Positions 14,418 to 23,960 of a DNA stretch of 27,247 nt are shown in pieces. The stretch is from a virus. Its lineage: Duplodnaviria; Caudoviricetes. The stretch spans positions 1 to 27,247 of the IMG/VR virus record IMGVR_UViG_3300005517_000038. One strand, written 5' to 3'. The position numbers and the translations under genes were made by a program. Below the pieces are notes generated by a model. It was not told where the DNA came from. It made no database searches and saw only the letters and a program-made list of their open reading frames with translations. Numbering within the stretch: position 1 is the stretch's first letter; every line of letters starts with the position of its first letter.

Positions 14418-15046
14418 TGACTTTAAACATCGGCATAGACTCGTTCAAGTGTTACGTAAGACTTAGTCATTTAACAAAGAATGATGAGGATGCCGATGTT
14501 TACCACAATGCTTATGCTTTCGGTATTCAATCTATTGATGGAAAGATTTTAACTTTTCACATAATGACTGATTACGGAATGCTTAGAAGTAGAGTTCCTA
14601 TCAGTGAGATATTTTTAAAGGAACCAACTAAAGATATACCAAGCCACTACAAGCAGCTTTGGGATTGCTTCTCAGAGAATGTTACATTTACAAAGTTTGA
14701 TTACCTTGTAGATAAGAGATGCCAGGTTGTTCTAAAAAATGGTGAGAAGGTTTGGTGTAAGTATATGTTTACTATTGACTGGTTTAACAATCCTTACTCA
14801 GACGAACCATCAGATTATAAGTGTGGGCATATTTTAGTTTCTGATGATGGATACTTACTATGTCAGCCTAACAATAGAATATATTGGAAAGATTGCAACT
14901 TTGTAACAAAAGAGTTCCCAATCAATCCCAAAGACTTTAAGGTTGATAATAAACTTGAATCAGTTGAATCTTACTCAGATAGATGGGTAAGTAGCGATAG
15001 TGATTCTTTTTACTACGAAATAAAAGAAAATGAAGAAGACGACTAA
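14417..15046 (+). CDS. Conserved phage hypothetical protein
   Basis: 'QLWDCFS', 'YMFTIDW', 'YSDEPSDYKCGH', 'QPNNRIYWKD' motifs; function unknown. Confidence 0.75.
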   Translation: MTLNIGIDSFKCYVRLSHLTKNDEDADVYHNAYAFGIQSIDGKILTFHIMTDYGMLRSRVPISEIFLKEPTKDIPSHYKQLWDCFSENVTFTKFDYLVDKRCQVVLKNGEKVWCKYMFTIDWFNNPYSDEPSDYKCGHILVSDDGYLLCQPNNRIYWKDCNFVTKEFPINPKDFKVDNKLESVESYSDRWVSSDSDSFYYEIKENEEDD

Positions 15047-15311
15047 AACAGCAGCTTGGACCAGAAAAGAGGGTAAGAATCCTACTGGTGGTCTTAATGC
15101 AAAGGGTGTAGCATCATATAGAAAAGCTAACCCTGGAAGTAAGCTTAAAATGGCTGTAACTACTCCTCCGTCTAAGTTAAAGGCTGGTAGCAAAGATGCT
15201 AAGAGACGCAAGTCTTTTTGTGCAAGAATGTCTGGTATGCCTGGTCCTATGAAGGATGATAAAGGGAGACCTACTAGAAAGGCTTTGTCATTAAGAAAGT
15301 GGAATTGCTAA
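15030..15311 (+). CDS. Small basic protein (AWTRKEGKNPTGGLN...RRKSFCARM...KWNC; DUF6321-like)
   Basis: Recognisable conserved motif; family name from memory. Confidence 0.7.
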   Translation: MKKTTKTAAWTRKEGKNPTGGLNAKGVASYRKANPGSKLKMAVTTPPSKLKAGSKDAKRRKSFCARMSGMPGPMKDDKGRPTRKALSLRKWNC

Positions 15312-15319
15312 TGTGGGCT

Positions 15320-15650
15320 ATACTTTTTAAACTCTGGTTAGTTTTGTTTCTTTTGATGCTTTCTTCGTTGTAAGGCATACCTTCTCTATATCCCAGCAGT
15401 TCTACAAACCACCAAGTTTCGTTAACATTAACAGTGCGTACCCCAGAACTGAGATTCCCTCAGACAAGCCCATCTACCAAGCTTTGTTTTCATACCACCC
15501 AATTGTTTCTATCTGCTGGTCGAGAGTTCAATGCTTATTCCTTGATTGCTCCCACTTTGACAATTGTTGTTAGTGCTTTTATAGTCATATTTTTGATTGA
15601 GCTATTCACCCCTATGCACTTCTCAGTAGTAGACTTCTGAACTGAGTAAG
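15320..15650 (-). ncRNA. Candidate structured non-coding RNA
   Basis: Consensus promoter at 15655-15685 (-), no credible ORF, nested complementary segments; 3' boundary approximate. Confidence 0.4.
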
Positions 15651-15654
15651 GTTA

Positions 15655-15730
15655 CAAATCTAAGCATAAGTTTTCAAAAAACAAAATAAAAAAATAAATT
15701 TGCATATGTCAATAGTATTCCGTAGCTTTG
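15655..15730. promoter_or_regulatory. Back-to-back Bacteroidota sigmaA promoters
   Basis: Minus: TTTG(15685-82)-N19-TAGATTTG(15662-55). Plus: TTTG(15699-702)-N20-TAGCTTTG(15723-30). Confidence 0.75.
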
Positions 15731-15749
15731 GATATTGTTAAATAATTAA

Positions 15750-16040
15750 ATGATTAAAGAAATGAGTACACAACAAAATGAAAAAGTCTACGTGAACGGT
15801 ATGTTCGTAAAGACACAAAAAACAACATTCGGTGACATTATCAAAATCTCTATCAAGGTAGATGATGTTACTAACTTCCTAAAAGAAAACAGTAATAATG
15901 GTTGGTGTGATATTGACTTGTTGCAGAAAAAACAAGTTGATGAAAAAGGTCGCACACATACTGCTGTATTGAATACTTGGAAGCCAAACAAGGTATCAGC
16001 ACCAGTTGCAGCTGCTGAATCAAGTGATTTACCGTTTTAG
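15750..16040 (+). CDS. Putative single-stranded DNA-binding protein
   Basis: Beta-rich core, flexible linker and SSB-type C-terminal tip 'SSDLPF'. Confidence 0.55.
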   Translation: MIKEMSTQQNEKVYVNGMFVKTQKTTFGDIIKISIKVDDVTNFLKENSNNGWCDIDLLQKKQVDEKGRTHTAVLNTWKPNKVSAPVAAAESSDLPF

Positions 16041-16042
16041 AG

Positions 16043-16270
16043 ATGGCAATCAAAAGAAGCCTAAAGGCTCAAGCTAAGAAGGCAAGAGAGAATCAGATTA
16101 AAGAAGTTAATAGTGTTATTCGTAATGCAGTTAAGAACTTTGATTTTTTAAGCTCTCTACTTGTTGAAGGCAATCCTGAAGAAACATACTATAAGATTAT
16201 GGACTTCAGAGAGGCTGTTGAGAAAATGGTGGAGGAGATTAATGCAGAAACAAAAAAAGGGGAAGCTTAA
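16043..16270 (+). CDS. Hypothetical protein
   Basis: ORF 2 nt after the SSB-like gene. Confidence 0.65.
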   Translation: MAIKRSLKAQAKKARENQIKEVNSVIRNAVKNFDFLSSLLVEGNPEETYYKIMDFREAVEKMVEEINAETKKGEA

Positions 16271-16303
16271 CGCAACCCCTTTCTCTTTGTGTTCAAACTA
16301 AGA

Positions 16304-16546
16304 TTAAGCAGAAGCAGCTGCTAAGATAGCAGATACAGCTTGAGTAACATAGTAAGAACCATTTTGCCAGTTGTTGGCCTGGTTGTAAGTGTAATCAATT
16401 GCAGAAGCGATTGTCGGAATATTAAAAGCAGACGCAGCAGCTTTAACACCTTGAATACGGTCAGCATTGATTAACACTTGTGCAGTTGCTGCCAGTTCGC
16501 CTTCTAAAGGAGTAACCCAAGCAGATACAGAAATAAGTTTAGCCAT
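16304..16546 (-). CDS. Ala-rich small protein (80 aa, MAKLISVSAW...); ORF track over-extends it to 16789
   Basis: TATCTTTG at 16597-90 just upstream; codon style like the capsid gene; the extension is antisense to the GT gene. Confidence 0.7.
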   Translation of the reverse strand: MAKLISVSAWVTPLEGELAATAQVLINADRIQGVKAAASAFNIPTIASAIDYTYNQANNWQNGSYYVTQAVSAILAAASA

Positions 16547-16605
16547 TTCGGTTAAATTTAATAGGTTAATAAATAAATTAATGAATACACAAAGATAAGC
16601 ATAAT

Positions 16606-17607
16606 ATGATACGAATTTTAACATACGCACCCGTACTAGCAGATGGTACAAGTTTTTATAGATTAGGGGGTGTTTTACCGTACCTAGAAAAAGAATATCC
16701 TGATATTTACATAAAAGATATTTCTGGCAAGGACCCACTAGACTGGCACGATTACATATCATTCGATGTTGTGGTTTTTCAAAGACCATTCATTCCACCA
16801 CACTTAAGTACAATTAATATGCTTAAGTTGATGGGTATTAAAGTTATTATTGACTATGATGACGATGTGTTGAACGTACCAATGCATAATCCATTTCATA
16901 GTAACTACGAAGCAAACAAAGAAACGATAAAAAAAATATCTAAAGTTGCTGATGAGATTTGGGTATCTACAATTGGATTAAAAGAAACATTTTCAGAGTT
17001 TAATAAAAATATAAAAGTAATACCAAATGCTCACAATGACTATCTATTCCCTGTAGAAAAGAAAATACCATTTAATGATAAATCACAAACAGTTGCATAT
17101 AGAGGTGGAAGTACACACGAAATAGATGTTTATTCTCAACTAAACGATTGGATTGAAATTATAAATAAAAACAAAACAACTGAATTTTATTTTATGGGTG
17201 CAAGATTCCCGTATTTAGAAAGCAGATGTGGAGATAACTATATTATTATTCCTGGTACTCACATTCTTGATTACTTTAGAAATATGCATAAAGTAAATCC
17301 AAACATATTTATTTATACCTTAGAATACAATAAATTCAATGTAGGTAAAAGCAATATATCTTGGATTGAATCAACGTATGCTGGAGCCGCTGTAATTGCA
17401 CCTGAATTTTTAACAGAATTTATTAGACCAGGTATATCTAATTTTACAGGTTCATTAAAAGATACATTTGATAAGATAAAAAAGGATAATAAGTTATTAA
17501 AAAAAATGAATGATTTATCTTGGGATTACATACAAGCAAAACTACTTTTATCTTACGTAAATAAAGAAAGATACAATTCTATTGTAGAAGTAAAAAACCG
17601 TAAGTAA
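16606..17607 (+). CDS. GT-B fold glycosyltransferase-like protein
   Basis: 'SFYRL', 'DVVVFQR', 'IIDYDDD', 'ADEIWVST', 'VIPNA', 'FNVGKSNISWIE' motifs. Confidence 0.8.
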   Translation: MIRILTYAPVLADGTSFYRLGGVLPYLEKEYPDIYIKDISGKDPLDWHDYISFDVVVFQRPFIPPHLSTINMLKLMGIKVIIDYDDDVLNVPMHNPFHSNYEANKETIKKISKVADEIWVSTIGLKETFSEFNKNIKVIPNAHNDYLFPVEKKIPFNDKSQTVAYRGGSTHEIDVYSQLNDWIEIINKNKTTEFYFMGARFPYLESRCGDNYIIIPGTHILDYFRNMHKVNPNIFIYTLEYNKFNVGKSNISWIESTYAGAAVIAPEFLTEFIRPGISNFTGSLKDTFDKIKKDNKLLKKMNDLSWDYIQAKLLLSYVNKERYNSIVEVKNRK

Positions 17608-17643
17608 AATTGTGTTACATTTGCATATACAAAAAGGAAGAAA

Positions 17644-17835
17644 ATGTCTTGGAATACAAAAACAAGTAAAATTTACCCACTTCGTATCAAAAACTCACAA
17701 AGATACAAAGCACAGGTAGTGGCTAACAGCAAGGGAAGGAAGCTCTCCGAACACTTACATTGGTTAATTAATCAATCGATTACTAATTACGAGATGGAAC
17801 TTGGAGAAATTAATGTACCAAAGGAAGAAGAATAA
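17644..17835 (+). CDS. Small putative ribbon-helix-helix DNA-binding protein
   Basis: 'IYPLRI' strand followed by two helices ('A..KGRKLSEHLHWLI'); TACATTTG at 17616-23 upstream. Confidence 0.5.
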   Translation: MSWNTKTSKIYPLRIKNSQRYKAQVVANSKGRKLSEHLHWLINQSITNYEMELGEINVPKEEE

Positions 17836-18431
17836 TGAAAACACACGGAGAAAACTTTATCATTCAATACGATAAGGGTTCAATTAGGAACTATGATTTA
17901 GGTTCTGGCATTGTAATTGAGATTTCAGCAGAATGTAATGTTGATATTAGAGGCAACTCTGACCAAGTAGGTACTATTGTGTCTGCTCCAGCTGATGAAA
18001 AGTTTTTTAAAGATGGTGACAAGGTACTCACACATTATTTAGCATCAGCAGATAGTAACTGTTTTAGCTACGGTGGTAAGGATTACTACAGGGTTACTAA
18101 AGCTCAAATGTTTGCAAAGATACACGAAGATGGAACACTTGAACCAGCAGAGGATATTTACTTCTGTGACGATGTAGTTGTTGACTCTACTACCGAATCT
18201 GGGATACTAACAACAATTGATGGTAAAAAGAATGAGTTATTGAAACTATCGGTTACACATATACCATCATCTATTAGTAAGGTATGGGCAGATGACAAGA
18301 TAAATATCGGAGATGTGATTATGCCATTCGATAACTACAACTACAGATTTACATACAACAAAAAAGAATATGTAAAAGTTGAGCACAAGTTTATATCAGG
18401 TGTATATTTAGATGAAAAAAAATCTACCTAA
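17835..18431 (+). CDS. Tandem GroES-like (co-chaperonin) domain protein
   Basis: 'GTIVSAP...KDGDKVL' and 'TTESGIL...INIGDVI...YNKKEYVKVE..I.GV' GroES-like repeats. Confidence 0.6.
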   Translation: MKTHGENFIIQYDKGSIRNYDLGSGIVIEISAECNVDIRGNSDQVGTIVSAPADEKFFKDGDKVLTHYLASADSNCFSYGGKDYYRVTKAQMFAKIHEDGTLEPAEDIYFCDDVVVDSTTESGILTTIDGKKNELLKLSVTHIPSSISKVWADDKINIGDVIMPFDNYNYRFTYNKKEYVKVEHKFISGVYLDEKKST

Positions 18432-19047
18432 ATCAATTGATGATATAGAGTTTGTTCCATTTGTAGGTAGAGATATTGATTTAAACACAAAAGGAAAACC
18501 ATCTGTATATCTTAGAAATGTAATAATCCCTTACTATAGGAAGGTGGTAAGGGGTCTTGAAAAAGAAATAACAGAATTAAGGAAATCAAAGAAAGACCTG
18601 CTTGATAGGAAGAACAAGCAGATTAGTGCAAAAAGGTGGCTAAAATACAAGAGTAATCAAGAAAGGTTTGCTGTCCAACAGAAGAAAGTAAGAGAAAAGG
18701 CTGTTGAGATAACAAAAAGTAAAGTAAGGAAGGCTGCATTTGAGAAGGCAGATTTGCTCGCTAGTATATACTACTTACCTGTATATATTAAGCTGGCTAA
18801 AGAATCTGGTTTAAGGTTACAGGAGTTCGTATATATAGTATACACTAGTAACTTTAAATACCTAACACTTGCAGATTACAAGGAGTTCTTTGGCGAGTCG
18901 TTCAGTATGACGCATTTTAACGCCTGTAGAACGCTTCAATTTATTGATTCGAGTAAGAACATAACTAACAGTTATTTCTTGTCTCTGAAGGGCAGAAATT
19001 TGATTAAAAGGGTACAAGAAGAAGTAGAAGTATTTAAGGATGAATAG
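18412..19047 (+). CDS. Basic coiled-coil protein with possible C-terminal winged helix
   Basis: 'YFLSLKGRNLIKRV' MarR-like wing; Lys-rich helix. Confidence 0.55.
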   Translation: MKKNLPKSIDDIEFVPFVGRDIDLNTKGKPSVYLRNVIIPYYRKVVRGLEKEITELRKSKKDLLDRKNKQISAKRWLKYKSNQERFAVQQKKVREKAVEITKSKVRKAAFEKADLLASIYYLPVYIKLAKESGLRLQEFVYIVYTSNFKYLTLADYKEFFGESFSMTHFNACRTLQFIDSSKNITNSYFLSLKGRNLIKRVQEEVEVFKDE

Positions 19048-19390
19048 ACCAGATTTAAAAGGATTAAAACAAGGGCAATTAGGATATGTTGAATATTTGG
19101 AAAGCGAATTGGCATCATTTAAAAACGATGGTGCAAAAAGGTTACTATTTGAGCTATCTGGTATTGCTGGAGACTTTGCCAATGATATCGCTTCTATTCG
19201 AGGTGGGGCTATTGCAGGCAAGTATATTAATGACGATAAGTCTGATGCGATGATTGATAAGGTGATGAAGCTTGTTGACAAGATGGATAAGTTTAAGTTA
19301 CTTGCACAGCTCACCGAACCAGAAGAAGAAGATAAGGCTAAAGCCAAGAAAATTATTAGAAGACCAGAGGACTTGATACGTGCCAGTTAA
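19040..19390 (+). CDS. Hypothetical protein, positional candidate for terminase small subunit
   Basis: Helical 116-aa protein overlapping the TerL start. Confidence 0.45.
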   Translation: MNRPDLKGLKQGQLGYVEYLESELASFKNDGAKRLLFELSGIAGDFANDIASIRGGAIAGKYINDDKSDAMIDKVMKLVDKMDKFKLLAQLTEPEEEDKAKAKKIIRRPEDLIRAS

Positions 19391-21392
19391 TAATGATTTA
19401 ATAGATAGTGCGTTAGATAAGTTTGAACGCAAGCGTATGTGTGGGGAGATTAGTGTTGAACTTCCTGCAACTCCTCTATTCAGAGAAATAGCAAATTACG
19501 ATAAGGATAAGAAGGACCAAAAGTTTGATTACATAAAAGTTCCATTAGATTACGATGAGCTTGATGATGATGAGCAAGGGGATATAGCTATACGTGAATA
19601 CGATAGAATAAAGAATGGCTATTGGTTTTTTAATAATGGTAATCTTGAATATATAACAGGATACCATTACGCTTTTTTAAACTATATGATTATCGATGGT
19701 GAGCAGCCTTTGTTCACCGATGCACAAAGAGATTTCTTTTATGTGTGGGATGCGGTGGAGAAAGACCCAAGTTGTTTCGGATTATGTTTAACTACACCAA
19801 GACGATGGGGAAAAGGAGAGGTGTCAATCATCATCGCATACCTACGAACAATTTTAAATCAGTTCTCGCATTGTGGTATTCAGTCTAAAAACCTTGATGG
19901 TGCTAAAGACTTATACGCAAAGCTTGTACAAAGATGGCAGCGTTTACCCGCATATCTTAAACCAATAGATGAGGGTGAATCTAATCCTAAGTCTGCTCTC
20001 CGTTTCTTCGAACCAGGAAAGAGAAGTACAAAAGCACAGAAGAAGGAATATACTACAGCATTAAACTCTTGGATAGACTATGCAGCAACAGTTAAGACTG
20101 CATATGATGGCCAGAAGTTAAAGACATACATATTTGATGAGGCTGCAAAGGCCGAGAACGTGGATGTAGAAGAATGCTGGAACGTAGTAAGATTCTGTTT
20201 GCTTAATGGCTCACGAATTATAGGTAAAGCATTAATAACAACAACAGTAGAAGATGGAGACTCATTCGAAGCATCAGTTCAATATAAAAACATATGGGAC
20301 AAATCAAACCCTACAGAAAAGCTTGAAAGCAATAAAACGCAGTCTGGATTATGGCGTTATTTTAATCCTGCGTATATGGGCTATTACGGAGAAGATGATA
20401 TTACAGGTGTTTCCTTTATAGACGATTATGGTTACTCAAGACAAGAGTTAGCAAAAGAATATATTATGCGTAACAGGCAGGGTCTTGATGACCGTCAGTT
20501 AGCATCTGAAAAAAGAAAGTTACCACTGACCGTAGAAGAAGCTTTCCAAACGGATTCAAGTCAGTGCCACTTTAACTCTATAAACCTTAATGACCAGCTC
20601 ACCTACTTAAGAGAGTACGCACCTAAGGGATTAGTAAACCGTGTTACATTTTATAGGGGTATGGATGGAAAGGTAACCTGGAGACCAGACCCTAAAGGAA
20701 AGTTCCAAATGTGTTGGGATTTTAAGGGTAGAGATGAGGTTAATAAAAACGTGGTCGAGAATGGCCTTAAGAAGCCGTCTAACACATCATCTTTTGCAAT
20801 TGGCGTTGACCCCTTTGCCAGCACGATTATAACGGGAGAGCAGGGCTCTAATGGCGTGGCATACGTATATAGAAAGCACGACCATCAAGACCCAGAAGAT
20901 AGCGGTCTATGCGTTATTAGATACTCTGATAGACCACCACTAAAATCCATATTCCACGATAATGTTATTATGCTGTGTGAATACTTCGGATGTAAGGCTA
21001 ATTACGAAAGTGATGTAGAAGATTACTACGAATATTTTATTAATAAAGGATATAAGAACTATGTAATGTGGAGACCTAAATCCACTATAGACCCAAATAG
21101 AAAAAATAAAAAAGTAAAATATGGCACCCCATCAAAAGACCCGTTTGCTCTTCAAAAGCACTTTGACACTGTTTATGATTACGTTGAGCTCCATTGTGAT
21201 AAAATTTATTTCACAGAGCTTATAGAAGATTTAATAGGATACAAACACGCTAAACGTACCAAGTATGATGATACTGTTGCTTTTGGTATGAGTTTATTAG
21301 CTGGGACCGAGAATGTCAAAGTTGAAAACGGAAAAGAAAAAAAACTTGTTTTTATGAAATTTGCCCAACCAGTAAAGGGTATAGGTCATTGA
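19380..21392 (+). CDS. terL: Terminase large subunit
   Basis: Walker A-like 'TTPRRWGKG', Walker B 'YIFDEAAK', coupling motif 'ITTT', RNase H-like 'IGVDP' and 'YDDTVAFGM'; upstream of portal. Confidence 0.92.
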   Translation: MPVNNDLIDSALDKFERKRMCGEISVELPATPLFREIANYDKDKKDQKFDYIKVPLDYDELDDDEQGDIAIREYDRIKNGYWFFNNGNLEYITGYHYAFLNYMIIDGEQPLFTDAQRDFFYVWDAVEKDPSCFGLCLTTPRRWGKGEVSIIIAYLRTILNQFSHCGIQSKNLDGAKDLYAKLVQRWQRLPAYLKPIDEGESNPKSALRFFEPGKRSTKAQKKEYTTALNSWIDYAATVKTAYDGQKLKTYIFDEAAKAENVDVEECWNVVRFCLLNGSRIIGKALITTTVEDGDSFEASVQYKNIWDKSNPTEKLESNKTQSGLWRYFNPAYMGYYGEDDITGVSFIDDYGYSRQELAKEYIMRNRQGLDDRQLASEKRKLPLTVEEAFQTDSSQCHFNSINLNDQLTYLREYAPKGLVNRVTFYRGMDGKVTWRPDPKGKFQMCWDFKGRDEVNKNVVENGLKKPSNTSSFAIGVDPFASTIITGEQGSNGVAYVYRKHDHQDPEDSGLCVIRYSDRPPLKSIFHDNVIMLCEYFGCKANYESDVEDYYEYFINKGYKNYVMWRPKSTIDPNRKNKKVKYGTPSKDPFALQKHFDTVYDYVELHCDKIYFTELIEDLIGYKHAKRTKYDDTVAFGMSLLAGTENVKVENGKEKKLVFMKFAQPVKGIGH

Positions 21393-21444
21393 AAAACAAA
21401 CGATTTAATTGGTTAATTTTGTAAAGAATTTATATTAAGGATTA

Positions 21445-23910
21445 ATGGCTCAACAAAACTACTACGGACTTCCAAATCCCCTATCTCCAGACGCTGAAAA
21501 AAATGCCCCAGAATTTGGGTTGAAAGTAATGAAAACATCATACTCTCAATGGTTAAATGGATATGGTGGAGTTAGTCAAAAACAAAGACAAGTTCGTTTC
21601 GATTATAACAGAGCTTATGCTACTGGGCAACAGCCTATGCAAGAGTTCTTGGATTTCTTAGATATTAACGGTCAGCAACCATACTCAAATCTTGATTATA
21701 CTCCGCTACCTATTGCTATATCTATAATTCAGCGTATAAAAGATAGGTTTAACCAACGTATTGAAAAGATTCGCTGTAATGCTATTGACCCCATTAGTGT
21801 TTCTAAAAAAGATAAAGAAAAAGCTGAAGCTAAATTTAGAATGCAATTCAAAAATGAAATTCAGCAACTTCAACAAAGCACTGGCGTTCAATTAGAAGAC
21901 CCAGATGCATTTACTCCAGAAGATAATGATGAAAACGAAATATATTTTGGTTTCAATTATAAACAACGTGAAGAAATAATGATGGAACAAGGTATTGACC
22001 TTGTAATGTATGATAATGATTGGACTGAGTGCAAGAATGGAATGCTTGATGATTTAATTACTTTTGGTATCTGTGGAACTAAAACTTTCATTGATGCTAA
22101 TGGTAAAGTAAGAATCAGAAAGGTTAATCCATATAACTTAGTATTATCTTATAGCGAGCGTGATGACCTTAAAGATTTAGAATGGGCTGGTGAAATTGTG
22201 TATATGAGCATTGCTGATGTACGCTTAACATACCCAGGAAAAATATCAGAAGAAGAGCTGTTTAATATAGCAAGAAGTGCTACATCTAAATACAATAACC
22301 CTGCTGCCTGGACATTTACCTGGAACTACCAATATGCAAATGCTTTTGCAAGACCATATGATGCTTTCCGTGTTCCTGTTATGCAGATGTCATATAAAAC
22401 TTTGTACAATCTTAAATATGAGAAAAACCAAGATAGATTTGGTAAAACTCTTTTAGATAGAACAGAGAAAATGAAAGATGGTAAAGATTATGTTAAATCT
22501 AAACCGTACTATGTAGAATATGATGGTGCTTGGATTTGCGATACTGACTATTTATTAAAATGGGAGATTGCAAATAATATGCTTAAGCCTAACGAGAACT
22601 TACAGGAATGTTTGTTACCGTTTTCTTTCTATATGTACAACAATAATAGAATGACTAACAAGCCTATTATTGAAACAATGATTCCATCTATTAAACAGAT
22701 GCAGTTAGCTCACCTTCAAATGCAGAAGATTGTAGCACAGGCTGCACCAGATGGTTACACTGTAGATATTGCTGGTATGAGTGATGTAGATTTAGGTAAT
22801 GGTAAAGGTGCATTACAACCTATGGAATTAATCCGTATCTACAAACAAACTGGTGTTATATTCTATAAAGGCCAAGTAGATGATATGGAAGGAAGTAATA
22901 GACCTCCAATCACTCCGTTAAATGTACCATTTACAGCAAAACTACAAGCGTTCATTGAATTATATAATTTTGAGTTAAACAAACTTGAAAGAACTATTGG
23001 CTCTAACTCGTTAGACCAAGGTATGATTTCTAATCAAGCTGTAGGTGCAAAAGTATTAGACTCTGCTCGCCAAATTGGAGAGAGTTCTATTAACTATATA
23101 TATAACGCATACTTAAACGTATTCGAAAGAACAGCAAAACAATCATCAATGAGATTGTGGGATATTTTGGTTTTTGGAGAAAAAGGTGGTTATGAAGGTT
23201 ATAAATATGCATTAGGTGCTGATAGAGTTGAATATATTAAATTAGAAGCAACTGATGGTTTTGAAAAAATAAACTTTGATGTAAAGATTGAAGCTATAAA
23301 AGACGAGGGCGAAAAAATGCAACTAGAGCAAAATATTCAAATGGCTTTAGCTCAGCAAACAATTGAACTTGAAGATGCTATTCAGGTACGTTTATTAGAC
23401 AACCCTAAAGCTGCTAACTACTATTTAGTTTCTGCACAGAAAAAACGTAGAAAAGAAAGAATGGATGAAGCTCAACAAAATAGCCAAATGCAAATGCAAC
23501 AAGCAGTACAAGCGGCTCAAGCCAAATCTCAAGGTGAAATGCAATTAGAACAAGCTAAATCTCAATTCAAATTACAGCAATATGAGATAGAACTTGAAAA
23601 TGAAAAAGAAAGAGAAACACTTAAATACTTTAATATACTACGTGTTAAGACACTTGAAGAGTTACTTAAACAAGGAACTCCTATAGACCAAATGCCATCT
23701 TATATATTTGATGGTATTGATGGTGTTGTTCAAACTCAAAAGCAATTAATACTTGAAGAGCTTAATGACCAACAACAACAAGCTATGCAAGAGCAACAAG
23801 AACAAATGCAACAAGAAATGTTAGCTCAACAGCAACAGCAAGAAGGTCAAGAAATGACTCAAGAAGCTGGTGAAGAAGGAGCTGTACAAGCTGAAGAACA
23901 ACCAATGTAA
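21445..23910 (+). CDS. Portal protein
   Basis: 821 aa between TerL and scaffold/MCP; 'NLDYTPLPI', 'QLAHLQMQKIVAQAAPDG', 'IYKQTGVIFY'; Gln-rich barrel-like C-terminus. Confidence 0.85.
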   Translation: MAQQNYYGLPNPLSPDAEKNAPEFGLKVMKTSYSQWLNGYGGVSQKQRQVRFDYNRAYATGQQPMQEFLDFLDINGQQPYSNLDYTPLPIAISIIQRIKDRFNQRIEKIRCNAIDPISVSKKDKEKAEAKFRMQFKNEIQQLQQSTGVQLEDPDAFTPEDNDENEIYFGFNYKQREEIMMEQGIDLVMYDNDWTECKNGMLDDLITFGICGTKTFIDANGKVRIRKVNPYNLVLSYSERDDLKDLEWAGEIVYMSIADVRLTYPGKISEEELFNIARSATSKYNNPAAWTFTWNYQYANAFARPYDAFRVPVMQMSYKTLYNLKYEKNQDRFGKTLLDRTEKMKDGKDYVKSKPYYVEYDGAWICDTDYLLKWEIANNMLKPNENLQECLLPFSFYMYNNNRMTNKPIIETMIPSIKQMQLAHLQMQKIVAQAAPDGYTVDIAGMSDVDLGNGKGALQPMELIRIYKQTGVIFYKGQVDDMEGSNRPPITPLNVPFTAKLQAFIELYNFELNKLERTIGSNSLDQGMISNQAVGAKVLDSARQIGESSINYIYNAYLNVFERTAKQSSMRLWDILVFGEKGGYEGYKYALGADRVEYIKLEATDGFEKINFDVKIEAIKDEGEKMQLEQNIQMALAQQTIELEDAIQVRLLDNPKAANYYLVSAQKKRRKERMDEAQQNSQMQMQQAVQAAQAKSQGEMQLEQAKSQFKLQQYEIELENEKERETLKYFNILRVKTLEELLKQGTPIDQMPSYIFDGIDGVVQTQKQLILEELNDQQQQAMQEQQEQMQQEMLAQQQQQEGQEMTQEAGEEGAVQAEEQPM

Positions 23911-23960
23911 AAACACATTGAATTAATAGTTAATTTTGTAAAACAAGAAAGGAAGAAAAA

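Noticed and set aside
15434-15640. ORF 15434..15640 (+)
   Set aside because: GTG start with no initiation context, atypical composition, and opposite the consensus minus-strand promoter.
16547-16789. N-terminal extension of 16304..16789
   Set aside because: Antisense to the GT gene and spans the gene's own promoter.
16890-16915. CTGATGAG followed by a short hairpin
   Set aside because: No GAAA or stem III; inside the GT coding sequence.
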